From a bacterium (lineage in GTDB: Bacteria; Zhuqueibacterota; QNDG01; DSAB01), in assembly GCA_016931965.1 (NCBI GenBank), contig JAFGDT010000086.1:129142-193141 (forward strand): DNA of 64,000 nucleotides, in the 5' to 3' direction. Both the position numbers and the translations under genes were made by a program. The notes under the pieces were generated by a model. The model saw only the letters and a program-made list of their open reading frames with translations, was not told the origin of the DNA and did not search any database. Numbering within the stretch: position 1 is the stretch's first letter; each line of letters opens with the position of its first letter. This document shows positions 48,561 to 59,543 of the stretch, one piece after another.

Positions 48561-48797
48561 GCACCTACAATCTATTTTATCTAATCAAATTTAAGTGTAA
48601 AATAATATATGTTTTTCAGGATTGATATGCAAGGAGAAATAGTCCATGGGCTCTAACTCAGAGAGCCAGAGCCCATTTTTTTATTCAATTTGATTGAGAT
48701 AACAAAATCAATTGAGGAATCATCACTCACTTTGTTATACCGGTATGGAAAAACGACACGGATAGTTAAACAGATTCAATCGGCTTTAAGTCTTTCC

Positions 48798-49460
48798 TTA
48801 CCTGCATCCAAAAAACCACCGTACGGTAATCATGACTTTGGTATACAAAACTGAGGTGGATTGTTTATAATCACTTTCATGATCCTCACCATTGCTTTCT
48901 TTCCACTCACCCAGCTTCATATAGTTGAACTGAACCTCCCCGCCAAGGCTGAGGTTGTTGGTGAAAAAATATTCTCCACCCACGGCAGGACCGTAGATCC
49001 AGTTGGTTTGATTTGCTTTGGATTCGGTCGTTTCGGTCGTGCTATCGTATGTGTAGGTTGACTTGTAATACTGTGAATTCTTCTGCATGCCGATTCTTCC
49101 GCCGTAATAGATATCGACCGGACCGCACCATGTGGTGATAAACACACCGACTCCCAGATCCATGATAGAATACTTTTCCTTATATGTAGAAGCATTCTCT
49201 GAGGAATATGAGTATCGCCAGTAGCCAAAATAGGGCTCAAGACGAAAACCAGGACTCACCTGGATGGGTACATAAATGTTCGGAAAATCAACCATTTTCA
49301 ATATAACATCTTCGCCAATCGGCATCACTTCCTTTCCGATAGCCACACCCAATCCGATTCTCATCTGATCCATTCCAGCTGCCGATTGTGCATAAACCAG
49401 ATTGGAAAGAGAGAAAAGCACAAAAATGCAAATGAACAACCATGCTGTCTTTTTCATCAT
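48798..49460 (-). CDS. Outer-membrane beta-barrel protein
   Basis: Signal peptide, amphipathic strands, GGEYFFTNNLSLGGE, C-terminal VRWFF. Confidence 0.8.
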   Translation of the reverse strand: MMKKTAWLFICIFVLFSLSNLVYAQSAAGMDQMRIGLGVAIGKEVMPIGEDVILKMVDFPNIYVPIQVSPGFRLEPYFGYWRYSYSSENASTYKEKYSIMDLGVGVFITTWCGPVDIYYGGRIGMQKNSQYYKSTYTYDSTTETTESKANQTNWIYGPAVGGEYFFTNNLSLGGEVQFNYMKLGEWKESNGEDHESDYKQSTSVLYTKVMITVRWFFGCR

Positions 49461-49714
49461 CGTTCTCCTTTCAAATCATTTTACTGATTAGACCGATTTT
49501 GCCATAAGATACCTACAAAAATCTCAACAAATATATGTTCTTTGAAATTCATATGCAAGGAAAATAGTAAAAATATACATTGATACACACCCACTGATAG
49601 ATAACCACCGAACAATCTTAGCCGAGTCATTACCGTGAAAAAGCATTTGATTTGAAACTTAATATGTATTACCTTAATACGTATCAAATCGGACACTTGA
49701 CATAGGGATCGACT

Positions 49715-50683
49715 TTGAATAAAATCAAAGTGGGCGTTGTCGGTACAGGTCATCTGGGGCGTTTCCATGCAGTGAATTACGCCCAGATTCCGGAGGTCGA
49801 TCTTGTCGGCGTGACCGATATTGAGCCCGGAAAAGCCCGGTCGGTTGCATCGGAAACCGGTTGTACGCCTTATCACGATCTTGAATCTCTGCTCAATAAG
49901 GTTGAAGCGGTCAGCGTGGTCGTACCGACAAACAGCCATTTCAACGTATGCCAGAAAGTCTTGAAAAGCGGCATCCATTGTCTTGTTGAAAAACCGATTG
50001 CGCAAACGACAGACGAAGCGGATCGGCTCATCGCGATGGCCGATCAAAACAGGGTCATTTTTCAGGTCGGCCATGTCGAGCGTTTCAATCCGGCCATGCA
50101 CGCTTTGCAGGGGATGAAAATCGAACCGCGTTTCATTGAGTCTCACCGTTTGGCTCTTTTTAATCCAAGAGGGACAGAAGTCGCCGTCGTACTCGACCTC
50201 ATGATTCATGACATCGACGTCATCCTCAGTCTGGTTCAAAGTCCTGTACAAACGGTTGACGCAAGCGGTGTCGCCGTTGTATCCGATTCGATCGACATTG
50301 CCAATGCAAGAATTCGGTTTGAAAACAACTGCGTGGCCAACCTGACTGCAAGTCGGATATCCCAGAAAAAAATGCGCAAAATGAGGCTCTTTCAAAAAGA
50401 CACCTACATCGCTGTTGATTTTCTCCAGAAGAAATCCGAAATCTTTCAACTGGTGGAAAAAGGAAAGGGAGGCGGATTGGTTGTCGGGGATATTGGTGTA
50501 GAGGACAAAAAAAGAGAGATCATTTATCAAAGTCCTCCTCCTCCTCAAAAAGAAGGATTGAGAAAAGAACTGGAAACATTTATTCAAACCATTCGCGGAA
50601 AAACCCCACCTGCTGTGACAGGAAGGGAAGGCAGAGCTGCTCTTGCGCTGGCGATGGTGATCTTGGAAAAGAGCGAACGATAA
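49715..50683 (+). CDS. Gfo/Idh/MocA oxidoreductase, GnnA-like (putative UDP-GlcNAc 3-dehydrogenase)
   Basis: GVVGTGHLGRFH, VEKPIA, QVGHVERFNPA, DLMIHDID, TASRIS; lies in the lpx operon. Confidence 0.8.
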   Translation: MNKIKVGVVGTGHLGRFHAVNYAQIPEVDLVGVTDIEPGKARSVASETGCTPYHDLESLLNKVEAVSVVVPTNSHFNVCQKVLKSGIHCLVEKPIAQTTDEADRLIAMADQNRVIFQVGHVERFNPAMHALQGMKIEPRFIESHRLALFNPRGTEVAVVLDLMIHDIDVILSLVQSPVQTVDASGVAVVSDSIDIANARIRFENNCVANLTASRISQKKMRKMRLFQKDTYIAVDFLQKKSEIFQLVEKGKGGGLVVGDIGVEDKKREIIYQSPPPPQKEGLRKELETFIQTIRGKTPPAVTGREGRAALALAMVILEKSER

Positions 50684-51256
50684 ATGGACCTGCGTCACCT
50701 TTTTTTTAAATACAGAAGCTATACACCCATTGGCTTTATCCTGCTGCTTTTGATCTGCGCGGACCCGACATGGCCCCGTTTTTTCTGCGGACTGGCCGTA
50801 CTGCTTTTGGGCGAAACCATTCGCTTTTGGGGTGTGGCCTACGCCGGCAGTGCGACACGAACGACCGGTGCAGCGGGTGGTGACCGCTTGGTGACGGACG
50901 GTCCTTACGGTCATATGCGCAATCCGCTCTATGTGGGTAATTTCTTCATCAGCCTCGGTTTTCTGATCATGACCTGGGTATGGATCCCTTGGATGATTGT
51001 GGTCTTCATGGTACTTTTCGGGCTTCAGTACAGCCTCATTGTTCACCTTGAAGAAGAATATCTGAGTGATCGTTTCAAAGAGTCCTATCGGGAATACAGA
51101 CAATCTGTCCCGAGATGGATTCCCAGACTGAAACTTTATAAAGGATCAGAGGAATCGGATCCCAGGTTCGTCAATACATTGAAATCGGAGCGCAATACAC
51201 TTCAGGCCATTGCGGCTGTGTGCGGTCTTTTGCTCGTTCGATGGCATTTTCTGTAA
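50684..51256 (+). CDS. ICMT/PEMT-family membrane methyltransferase (LmtA-like)
   Basis: GETIRFW, LVTDGPYGHMRNPLYVG, EEEYL..F...Y..Y...VPRWIP. Confidence 0.85.
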   Translation: MDLRHLFFKYRSYTPIGFILLLLICADPTWPRFFCGLAVLLLGETIRFWGVAYAGSATRTTGAAGGDRLVTDGPYGHMRNPLYVGNFFISLGFLIMTWVWIPWMIVVFMVLFGLQYSLIVHLEEEYLSDRFKESYREYRQSVPRWIPRLKLYKGSEESDPRFVNTLKSERNTLQAIAAVCGLLLVRWHFL

Positions 51257-51258
51257 CC

Positions 51259-52446
51259 ATGAAAACAATTCAAAAATCGATTTTGATCATTGCCGGCGAA
51301 AGCTCGGGTGATATTCACGGATCCGGCCTCATCAGAGAAATCAAAAAAAAGAATCCGGCAATCGCCTGTTTCGGGATCGGGGGTGACCGGATGGCTGAAG
51401 CTGGTTTTGACATCGTTTATCATGTTTCAGGGATGTCTTTTTTAGGTTTCATTGAGGTATTGAAACATCTTCCCTTTATCAGACGTGTCTTTCGCAGAAT
51501 GACAAGACTTCTCAAAGAGAAAAACCCTTCTCTGGTTTTATTAATCGATTATCCCGGTTTTAATCTGCGATTTGCCAAAGCAGCCAAAAACAGAGGTATA
51601 CCGGTTCTATATTATATCAGCCCTCAGGTGTGGGCATGGGGAGAAAAAAGGGTCAAAAAAATGGCCCGTTTAATTGATCGCATGATCGTCATTTTCCCCT
51701 TCGAAGAGGATATCTATAAAAAAGAGGGGATGGATGTTCAATATGTCGGACATCCGTTAAAGGACGTCGTTAAACCTTCACTTCCGAAAGAGCGTTTCTT
51801 CAAAGATCTGGGGATGGATCCTCAGCATCCGACAATCGGCCTGTTGCCCGGATCCCGCAGACAGGAAGTGGATCACCTGCTCCCAGAAATGCTGAAAGCC
51901 TGTCATGGGTTACAGAGAAAGATTCCGCATCTTCAGCTCATCGTGGGACTGGCGCCCACACTTTCAGATGAAGTGTACAGGCCATTGATGAAGGAGACGG
52001 ACCATATTCAGATGGTTCGCAACAGAACATATGATGTGATGGCCTACGCCGATATGGTTCTCGTGGCCTCCGGAACAGCGACATTGGAAACGGCCATACT
52101 GGGTACACCCATGGTCATTCTCTATAAGATGTCCTCTCTATCCTACTGGATCGGAAGACTGCTGGTCAAGGTGAAGCAGATTGGGCTGGTCAACATCGTT
52201 GCCGGAAAATCGGTTGTCCCCGAACTGATACAGGGAGAAGTCAGGGCGGAGAAAATCGCAAAGGAAGCGATGGATATCATGTCAAACCGACAGAGAAGAG
52301 AAAAAATGAAAAAAGACTTAAAAGAGGTCTCCCACATATTGGGAGAAAAAGGCGCCTCAGAACGAGCTGCGAAAAGTGTCATCGAATTCATCAATAGACC
52401 ACCCATTTTAAATACATTTGCCCGCTCGGGAGAGGTGAATCGTTGA
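51259..52446 (+). CDS. lpxB: Lipid-A-disaccharide synthase
   Basis: AGESSGD, IDYPGFN, YISPQVWAW, PFE, VGHP, LLPGSR, SGTATLE. Confidence 0.96.
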   Translation: MKTIQKSILIIAGESSGDIHGSGLIREIKKKNPAIACFGIGGDRMAEAGFDIVYHVSGMSFLGFIEVLKHLPFIRRVFRRMTRLLKEKNPSLVLLIDYPGFNLRFAKAAKNRGIPVLYYISPQVWAWGEKRVKKMARLIDRMIVIFPFEEDIYKKEGMDVQYVGHPLKDVVKPSLPKERFFKDLGMDPQHPTIGLLPGSRRQEVDHLLPEMLKACHGLQRKIPHLQLIVGLAPTLSDEVYRPLMKETDHIQMVRNRTYDVMAYADMVLVASGTATLETAILGTPMVILYKMSSLSYWIGRLLVKVKQIGLVNIVAGKSVVPELIQGEVRAEKIAKEAMDIMSNRQRREKMKKDLKEVSHILGEKGASERAAKSVIEFINRPPILNTFARSGEVNR

Positions 52447-53516
52447 TCAGGATATGGAAAAGTGCATTCTGGGGATACATATTATGGCCTCTTTCAATTC
52501 TTTACAGAGCAGGATGGATTCTTCGAAACCAGCTCTACAGGTGGGGTATTTTATCATCGATCCGTCTCGACACAAAAGTCATTGGTGTGGGGAATGTGAC
52601 AGTGGGGGGAACAGGAAAAACACCTTGTGTGGAAAGAATGTCTCATCTGTTGCGTGAACGAGGGTGTCGGATCGTTGTTTTAAGCAGGGGCTTCAGACGA
52701 AAGAGAAGAGGAAGCGTTGTGGTGTCAGACGGAGAAAAAATAAACGTGAATTATAGACAGGCCGGTGACGAACCGATGCTCCTGGCAAAGAGTCTTTCGG
52801 GAATCCCCGTCATCGTCGGGAAGAACCGCGCCAAAACAGGTCGTTTGGCAGTCAAAAACTGGAAGATCGATGTTCTATTGCTCGACGATGCGTTTCAAAA
52901 CAAACAGTTGAAAAAAGATCTTGACCTTGTCGTAATGGACTCCACCAACTTATGGGGCAACGGAAGACTCCTTCCGGCCGGTCCTCTCCGGGAACCTCTG
53001 AAGGGATTAAAACGCGCAGACGCCATCCTATTGTCAAGGGTAAATGAACAAAGGGTAAGTGAAAAGGATGCCCGACGTATACAAGAATTATCTGGCGCAA
53101 AAATTTTTTCAGCCATTCACAAACCGGTCCACTTTGTTTCCATTCAAGACAAAAAAAAATACGAATTGGACACGTTAAGAAATAAAAAAGGAATCGCTTT
53201 CGCAGGGATTGGCAACCCGGACTCTTTTCAAAAAACCTTACGCTCTGTCGGTATGGTACTGATCGATTTTCTTGTTTTTCGGGATCACCATGGATATCAA
53301 CCAGCCGATTTAAAAAAAATCATTCAGCGAGCAGAATCACAAAAAGCCGAAGTGCTGGTCACAACGGAAAAAGACCATGTCCGACTCCCTCCATACTGGA
53401 ATCCGCCGATTCCCGCCTATGTTTTAAAAATCGCGTTTGAGATCCAAAAAGGATTTCAAGAACTCAACCAATTACTGGATTCCGTTTTAACACCACAAAA
53501 AGAAGGGGGAATCTAA
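52443..53516 (+). CDS. lpxK: Tetraacyldisaccharide 4'-kinase
   Basis: VGNVTVGGTGKTP, SRG, GDEP, LDDAFQ, LLPAGPLRE, DHH, TTEKD. Confidence 0.96.
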   Translation: MIRIWKSAFWGYILWPLSILYRAGWILRNQLYRWGILSSIRLDTKVIGVGNVTVGGTGKTPCVERMSHLLRERGCRIVVLSRGFRRKRRGSVVVSDGEKINVNYRQAGDEPMLLAKSLSGIPVIVGKNRAKTGRLAVKNWKIDVLLLDDAFQNKQLKKDLDLVVMDSTNLWGNGRLLPAGPLREPLKGLKRADAILLSRVNEQRVSEKDARRIQELSGAKIFSAIHKPVHFVSIQDKKKYELDTLRNKKGIAFAGIGNPDSFQKTLRSVGMVLIDFLVFRDHHGYQPADLKKIIQRAESQKAEVLVTTEKDHVRLPPYWNPPIPAYVLKIAFEIQKGFQELNQLLDSVLTPQKEGGI

Positions 53517-54886
53517 TGGAAAAGAAAAGAATTATCGTTGTGGATGACGATAAAAACACAAGATTACTCATCGAAAATATCCTGACCAAAACCAGACAAT
53601 ACGATGTGATTCAGGCCAGGAATGGAGAAGCCTGCCTGAGAAAGTTAAATGAAACCCATGTCAACCTGATCCTGCTGGATCTTCAAATGCCGGGGATCGA
53701 TGGCATTGAAACACTGAAACGGATCAAAAAACAGGCGCCCCATATCCCCGTCATTATCATGACCGCACACGGCACCATCGAAAAAGCCGTCCATTCGATG
53801 AAGCTGGGATCATACGACTTTCTCACCAAACCTTTCCCCGCTGAACGGCTGAAGGTGACCGTGAAAAACGCGCTGGAAGCCGTGGCTCTGGAAACAGAGG
53901 TGAAGAGTTTGCGATCGGTACTGGATTCCCGCTTTCAATTCAAAAACATTATCGGGCGAAGCGGTGTGATGCAGGAAGTCTTTCGTGCAGTCGAAAAAGT
54001 CATTGACAGCGATGTCACCGTACTGATTCAGGGAGAGAGTGGGACAGGTAAAGAGCTCATTGCCCGTGCCATCCATAACGAAAGCAAAGTGAGACATGCC
54101 AAACCCTTCGTGGCCGTCAACTGTACGGCGCTTCCCGAATCGCTTCTGGAAAGTGAACTTTTCGGACACGAAAAAGGTGCCTTTACCGGAGCAGCGTCAC
54201 GCAGAATCGGCAAGTTCGAACTGGCCAATGGTGGTACGGTTTTTCTGGATGAAATCGGGGAGATGAGTCCTTCCACACAGGCTAAAATATTACGCGTGCT
54301 TCAGGAGCGGGAATTCGAACGTCTGGGAGGAAACGCCCTGGTAAAGGTCAATATTCGGCTTCTTTCAGCAACCAATAAAAATCTCGAAGAAGAAGTCCGA
54401 AAAGGAACTTTGCGGGAGGATCTCTATTACCGAATCAGTGTTTTCCCCATCAAATTGCCTCCTCTTCGAGAACGAAAGGAGGATATTCCTCTGCTCGTCT
54501 CTCATTTTCTGGAACGATACAGTGAACGTGAAAATAAAAAAATAAAAGGGATTCAGCGTGAAGCGTTAAATGTTTTGTTGGGTTACCACTGGCCGGGAAA
54601 TGTACGCGAACTGGAAAATGCCATCGAAAGAGCCGTGGTGATCAACAATACGGGTCAAATCATCATGAACGATCTGCCTCAGCACATTGTGACCTTTGGA
54701 CGGGAAGGGATTGAATATCCTGACGAGACACTGCCCCGGTGGATTGAGAGACTCGAAATTGAGGTGTTGCAAAAAACGCTTCTTGAATTTGAAGGCAATA
54801 TCACACAGGCTGCCAAAAAATTGGGTATCGGCAGAGCCACAATCTATCGAAAAGCAAAAAAATACAATTTACCCATTTCCAAATAA
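53516..54886 (+). CDS. Sigma54-dependent response regulator (NtrC family)
   Basis: Receiver domain (VVDDD, LLDLQMP), [32 protein letters not shown], Fis-type HTH. Confidence 0.96.
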   Translation: MEKKRIIVVDDDKNTRLLIENILTKTRQYDVIQARNGEACLRKLNETHVNLILLDLQMPGIDGIETLKRIKKQAPHIPVIIMTAHGTIEKAVHSMKLGSYDFLTKPFPAERLKVTVKNALEAVALETEVKSLRSVLDSRFQFKNIIGRSGVMQEVFRAVEKVIDSDVTVLIQGESGTGKELIARAIHNESKVRHAKPFVAVNCTALPESLLESELFGHEKGAFTGAASRRIGKFELANGGTVFLDEIGEMSPSTQAKILRVLQEREFERLGGNALVKVNIRLLSATNKNLEEEVRKGTLREDLYYRISVFPIKLPPLRERKEDIPLLVSHFLERYSERENKKIKGIQREALNVLLGYHWPGNVRELENAIERAVVINNTGQIIMNDLPQHIVTFGREGIEYPDETLPRWIERLEIEVLQKTLLEFEGNITQAAKKLGIGRATIYRKAKKYNLPISK

Positions 54887-54896
54887 GGAGAACAGA

Positions 54897-56549
54897 TTGA
54901 CACATGTTTCAGATTTTTTGGTCATCGGCAGCGGCGTAGCCGGACTCTCATTTGCGCTTCACAGCGCCGAAATCGGCACAGTCACGATTCTCACAAAAAA
55001 ACAGCGTGCAGATTCAAACACAAACCATGCACAGGGAGGCATTGCTTCTGTTTTTGGGAAAGACGATTCTTTTCATCTCCATATCCGGGACACGCTAAAA
55101 GCCGGTGTCGGACTGTGTCATCCCAAAGCGGTTGAATTGATTGTCAAACAGGGTCCTGAACGGGTCAGAGAACTTGAAAAATGGGGCGTAATCTTTACCC
55201 ATCAGACAAAACAGAAGGGTATTTTTGATCTCGGAAGGGAGGGGGGACATTCAAAGAACAGAATTGTGCACGCCAAAGACAAGACCGGCATGGTGTTGGA
55301 GCACGCGCTTCTTGAGCGCGTCTTCGACCATCCTCAAATCGAAGTGAAAGAGAATCACATGGCTGTGGAACTGATCACCGAGCACCACTTAATGGGAGGC
55401 GGTAAAACCCGGGAAGACAAAGTTCATTGCTGGGGTGTCTATGCATTGAATGGGGAAACAGGAGAGGTCGATGTTTACCTTTCAAAAATCACCCTGTTGG
55501 CCTCGGGAGGAACGGGCAGGGTCTATCTCCATACCACAAATCCCTCCATTGCCAAAGGCGACGGGATTGCCATGGCTTACCGGGCGGGAGCAGCTGTTGC
55601 CAATCTTGAGTTTATGCAATTTCATCCGACAAGTCTCTATCATCCAGATGGAGACTCTTTCCTGATCTCGGAAGCGGTTAGAGGATTCGGGGGTATCCTC
55701 AGAACGGAGTCGGGTGAAGCCTTTATGAAAAAATACAATCCCCAGGCCGATTTGGCTCCGCGGGACATCGTCGCCAGAGCGATCGACGCTGAAATGAAAA
55801 AACGGGGTGATACGTGCGTCTATCTGGATGTGACCCACCTCAATGCGGCAGAAGTTCGGGACCATTTCCCCCAGATCAATGAACGTCTGCTCTCATTAAA
55901 AATCGACATGACCCGTGAGCCCATTCCGGTTGTGCCCGCGGCCCATTACATGTGCGGCGGTGTTTTAACCGATCTGGAGGGCAGGAGTACAATAAAAAGC
56001 CTCTACGTGACTGGGGAAACCGCCTGCACCGGCGTCCATGGCGCAAACCGTTTGGCATCCAACTCCCTTTTGGAAGCACTCGTTTTTTCCTATCAGGCCT
56101 TTTTGGATGCTCAGAAAAAATTTGAAAAGGGTAAAATAAAGCTCCCGATGATCCCGCCGTGGGATGACAAAGGCACCTTTAATCAGGAGGAGTGGGTGCT
56201 CATTTCACACGATGAGAGAGAAATTCAAAGGCTGATGTGGGATTATGTCGGCATTGTGCGCTCCAATGAAAGATTGGGACGTGCCGGAAGACGAATCAAC
56301 ATGATATCCGATGAAATTGATAAATTCTACAGGAAAACGAAAGTAACCGCAGGCCTTCTTGAGCTTCGGAACATGGCCTGTGTTGCTTCCCTGATCACCC
56401 GTTCCGCGCTCTTCAGAAAAGAGAGCCGGGGTCTTCACCACACAACGGATTATCCGGAGAGGAACGACGCAGAATGGCTGGGCAATACCATAATCAAAAC
56501 AGATAAGACATTTCTTAAACCGATCGACGCACCGCTATCATCCATATAA
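54897..56549 (+). CDS. nadB: L-aspartate oxidase
   Basis: GSGVAG, AQGGIA, EGGHS, QFHPT, LISEAVRG, LAPRDIVAR, HGANRLASNSLLE, ESRGLH; TTG start after AAGGAG. Confidence 0.95.
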   Translation: MTHVSDFLVIGSGVAGLSFALHSAEIGTVTILTKKQRADSNTNHAQGGIASVFGKDDSFHLHIRDTLKAGVGLCHPKAVELIVKQGPERVRELEKWGVIFTHQTKQKGIFDLGREGGHSKNRIVHAKDKTGMVLEHALLERVFDHPQIEVKENHMAVELITEHHLMGGGKTREDKVHCWGVYALNGETGEVDVYLSKITLLASGGTGRVYLHTTNPSIAKGDGIAMAYRAGAAVANLEFMQFHPTSLYHPDGDSFLISEAVRGFGGILRTESGEAFMKKYNPQADLAPRDIVARAIDAEMKKRGDTCVYLDVTHLNAAEVRDHFPQINERLLSLKIDMTREPIPVVPAAHYMCGGVLTDLEGRSTIKSLYVTGETACTGVHGANRLASNSLLEALVFSYQAFLDAQKKFEKGKIKLPMIPPWDDKGTFNQEEWVLISHDEREIQRLMWDYVGIVRSNERLGRAGRRINMISDEIDKFYRKTKVTAGLLELRNMACVASLITRSALFRKESRGLHHTTDYPERNDAEWLGNTIIKTDKTFLKPIDAPLSSI

Positions 56550-56561
56550 TATGGAGCAAAC

Positions 56562-57383
56562 ATGGTGATCGGGCTTACAGCAGATTCATATCGCAAAATT
56601 CCTGTTTCAACCATTCTCTCGATGATAAAATGGATCGGCGTCCAGGCTTCCGAAGTCACGCAGCACGTATTCGTTCATCCGGAAAGGGTACTGAAAAACA
56701 GTCGGGGGATGAAGCTCGGACTTCATTTGCCCAATGTTGGCAATGACGGTTACGATCTCTCTTCCCTCATGTACAAGGAAGAAATCGAATGGAGCCTTGG
56801 AAAGGTTGCCCAATACGGAGACCGATTTCAATTTCAATATGCGGTTTTTCATCCTCCGGAAAGAGATACCTCCCAGCAATCACTCGATTTTTATATAAGC
56901 AACCTTCACCAAATTCCAATCCCCCTTATCTTGGAAAATCCGCGTGGCTGGTCACGCGATCGATTCAGTCGTTTTTTCAGGGATATTCAAGACAAACTGG
57001 AAGACCGGCTCCACGGTATCTGTCTCGACATCCCCCATGCTCACCTGGCCGGAGAAGACTGGGTCGCATTTTATCAGATATTCAGGGAGCAGATCAGGGT
57101 CATTCATCTTTCCGATTGCAAAGAGGAAGAGGATCTTCATCTTCCCTTCAATTGCGGAGGCGACCTCAACCTGCAGGACATACTGACCACCCTGAAAAAA
57201 GAAGGATTTGACGGTATCCTCAATCTCGAAATCAAACCACCATCGATAAATCATTTGGATTATTTCTTTGAAACCTACATGCAAACCCAGGAGTTCTGCC
57301 ATCCGGGCAATTATAAGAAAATGAAACGTCGCATGAAAATCGTGAACCGTTTGGGTCGATGTTTAGGACGATTTTTCAAATAG
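56562..57383 (+). CDS. Sugar phosphate isomerase/epimerase family TIM-barrel protein
   Basis: ILEN, CLDIPHA, IHLSD, DLHLP, LEI metal-binding pattern. Confidence 0.8.
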   Translation: MVIGLTADSYRKIPVSTILSMIKWIGVQASEVTQHVFVHPERVLKNSRGMKLGLHLPNVGNDGYDLSSLMYKEEIEWSLGKVAQYGDRFQFQYAVFHPPERDTSQQSLDFYISNLHQIPIPLILENPRGWSRDRFSRFFRDIQDKLEDRLHGICLDIPHAHLAGEDWVAFYQIFREQIRVIHLSDCKEEEDLHLPFNCGGDLNLQDILTTLKKEGFDGILNLEIKPPSINHLDYFFETYMQTQEFCHPGNYKKMKRRMKIVNRLGRCLGRFFK

Positions 57384-57392
57384 GGGGATGGT

Positions 57393-57488
57393 GTCATTCT
57401 GAGCGGAGTCGAAGAATGGGGGGAAGAGCCATAATACAACATTTAATCGGGACGAATGTCCCCATTCATTCAAACGCTCAGTTCGGAT
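57393..57488 (+). repeat. ~96-bp repeat, left copy (inverted partner at 61482-61577)
   Basis: Reverse complement aligns to 61482-61577 at roughly 80% by hand alignment. Confidence 0.85.
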
Positions 57489-57733
57489 ATCCTTGGCAAT
57501 CCAGACATTCATGCATTATCTTAAGCAGGTATCTATGGACGGAGTGAAGATAGATAGAATACCGTATGTCAAATAAAGTAAGCTTCAATTAAAACATACC
57601 TTTTACTCAATTGAATTACAATTATACGCCTTGATGAACCATCATCAACTCTAAAAAATAAAATATGTTGATTATGAAGTATATAATGTTTATATTTGAA
57701 AGTATAAACAATATAGTGTGGAGATAATTAACA

Positions 57734-57976
57734 ATGAAAGCGACTGCAAAAGACTTACGGTTCCATTCAAAAGAGCTGTTGGACACGGTTTCCCGGGGGG
57801 AGGAAGTTATTATTACATTACGCGGCAAACCTCATGCGAAACTGATACCCATCAACAGAACAGATAAAAATAATGAATCTGTTGACAATGCTCTTTTTGG
57901 TATATGGAAAGATAATCAATCGGTCAAAAATGTGGATTCATATATTCGAAATCTGAGAAAAGGAAGATTCCAATGA
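57734..57976 (+). CDS. Phd/YefM family antitoxin
   Basis: ATAKDLR..SKELLDTV.RGEEVIIT.RGKP.AKL; overlaps the toxin start (ATGA). Confidence 0.9.
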   Translation: MKATAKDLRFHSKELLDTVSRGEEVIITLRGKPHAKLIPINRTDKNNESVDNALFGIWKDNQSVKNVDSYIRNLRKGRFQ

Positions 57977-58350
57977 TGGTCGATACCGATGTGCTTATCT
58001 GGTACATGCGAGGCAATGAAAAAGCATTGAAAATAATCAATCAACAAAATGCGTTTCACATATCGGTCGTGACCTATATTGAACTGGTTCAGGGAATGCG
58101 AAACAAAGATGAACTGAATGCACTCAGAAATGCCTTAAGGAATTGGAACACGAAGATTCTCTATATCACCGAAGAAATATCTTCAAAGGCCATGTTTTAC
58201 ATTGAACGTCACTATTTAAGTCATGCCTTGCAATTGGCCGATTCCCTCATACGTGCGACTGCTCTGGCAAACGGATTAACGCTCTTGACCGCCAATGACA
58301 AACATTATAAAATGATTAACGAATTGAAATTAAAAATCTTCAGACCATAA
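57973..58350 (+). CDS. vapC: VapC-family PIN-domain toxin
   Basis: VDTDVLI, ELVQG, ADSLI, LLTANDKHY. Confidence 0.9.
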   Translation: MMVDTDVLIWYMRGNEKALKIINQQNAFHISVVTYIELVQGMRNKDELNALRNALRNWNTKILYITEEISSKAMFYIERHYLSHALQLADSLIRATALANGLTLLTANDKHYKMINELKLKIFRP

Positions 58351-58368
58351 CAGACCATAAATGCAAAC

Positions 58369-59136
58369 CTATTTAAATCTCTCAATTGAAGCATACGCAC
58401 TGTGGTTGTGTATCGACTCCATGTTTTCGGACTGGACATGATACCATGAAATCCGGGGATCGATATCCAGCTTCTTGGCCACCTCCCGGACAACATCTTC
58501 CACAAACATGGGATTATCGTAGGCCTGTTCTGTCACGGCCTTCTCATCCTTCCGCTTGAGCAGCGCGTAAAGCGGACTCGAAGCCGAACTCTCCGCCAGC
58601 TCGATGAGCTCCTCAATCCAGATAAATCCATGGTAGCGAATCTGAATGCGGACGAGGGACCGCTGGTTGTGGGCACCCCGCTCGGAAAGCTCTTTCGAAC
58701 AGGGACAGAGTGTCGTCACAGGAACCTCAATGCCTAAGATGAAATCTTCTTTTTCCCTGAGCGTCACCTGATACGTGCAGCGATACTCCAGGAGACTTTT
58801 TGCTCGCGTCACAGGAGCCGATTTCTCCATAAAATAGGGAAACGTGACTTCCATATGGGCCTCTTCGGCATGCAGCTTGGTCTTCATCTGCTGGAGCACC
58901 TCTCCGATCCTGTCGATATGCAGTTCACGATGATGTTCGTTAAGGATTTCCACAAAACGGCTCATGTGTGTGCCCCGAAAGCGGTGCGGCAGATTGACAT
59001 ACATGTTGATCGAACCGACCGTATGCTGGAAACCATTCGCTTTATCGAGCACGGTGATGGGATAACTCAGATTTTTAACGCCGACTTTATCGATGGGTAT
59101 TTTCCGGGGATCGTGCTGACTCTGGATATCGGTCAC
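58369..59136 (-). CDS. folE2: GTP cyclohydrolase IB
   Basis: DIQS, IDKVGV, GTHMSRF, TTLCPCSK, AHNQRS, FVEDVVR, ESIHNHSAYA. Confidence 0.95.
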   Translation of the reverse strand: MTDIQSQHDPRKIPIDKVGVKNLSYPITVLDKANGFQHTVGSINMYVNLPHRFRGTHMSRFVEILNEHHRELHIDRIGEVLQQMKTKLHAEEAHMEVTFPYFMEKSAPVTRAKSLLEYRCTYQVTLREKEDFILGIEVPVTTLCPCSKELSERGAHNQRSLVRIQIRYHGFIWIEELIELAESSASSPLYALLKRKDEKAVTEQAYDNPMFVEDVVREVAKKLDIDPRISWYHVQSENMESIHNHSAYASIERFK

Positions 59137-59139
59137 GGA

Positions 59140-59523
59140 TCAGGACTCCTTTTTATACTCCGCTTTGACGACGGTCTTGACATTCCCCCGGGGATTGAAA
59201 TCCCCAACGACCTCCATCCAGCGCGGTTGACACACTTTGACCAGGTCATCCAAAATCCGGTTCACCGACTCCTCGTGAAAGACCTCCTGATCACGAAATT
59301 TGTTAATATAAAGTTTGAGCGATTTGAGCTCAATGATCAGCTTATCCGGAATATACTTCACATGAATGGTTGCAAAATCGGGATAGCCGGTGATGGGACA
59401 GAGACAGGTAAATTCGGGAAGTGTTATCTCCACTTCATAATCCCGCTGGGGATACCGGTTCTCGACAGCGGAGAGTTTGGAGTTGAGAATTTCTTTCTGT
59501 CCGCGCTTCAGTTTCTCTGTCAT
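59140..59523 (-). CDS. queF: PreQ0 reductase, type I
   Basis: [36 protein letters not shown] at 59523 avoids overlap with queC. Confidence 0.95.
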   Translation of the reverse strand: MTEKLKRGQKEILNSKLSAVENRYPQRDYEVEITLPEFTCLCPITGYPDFATIHVKYIPDKLIIELKSLKLYINKFRDQEVFHEESVNRILDDLVKVCQPRWMEVVGDFNPRGNVKTVVKAEYKKES

Positions 59524-59543
59524 TGGAATACCTCTTGTATCAT

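Noticed and set aside
49481..51103. 540-aa minus-strand ORF
   Set aside because: Antisense shadow of the gnnA-like and methyltransferase genes; no motifs of its own.
54696..54896. N-terminal extensions in the ORF track (nadB; likewise queF, queD, lpxB and the DUF4954-like gene)
   Set aside because: They overlap upstream genes or leaders; downstream starts fit the families better.
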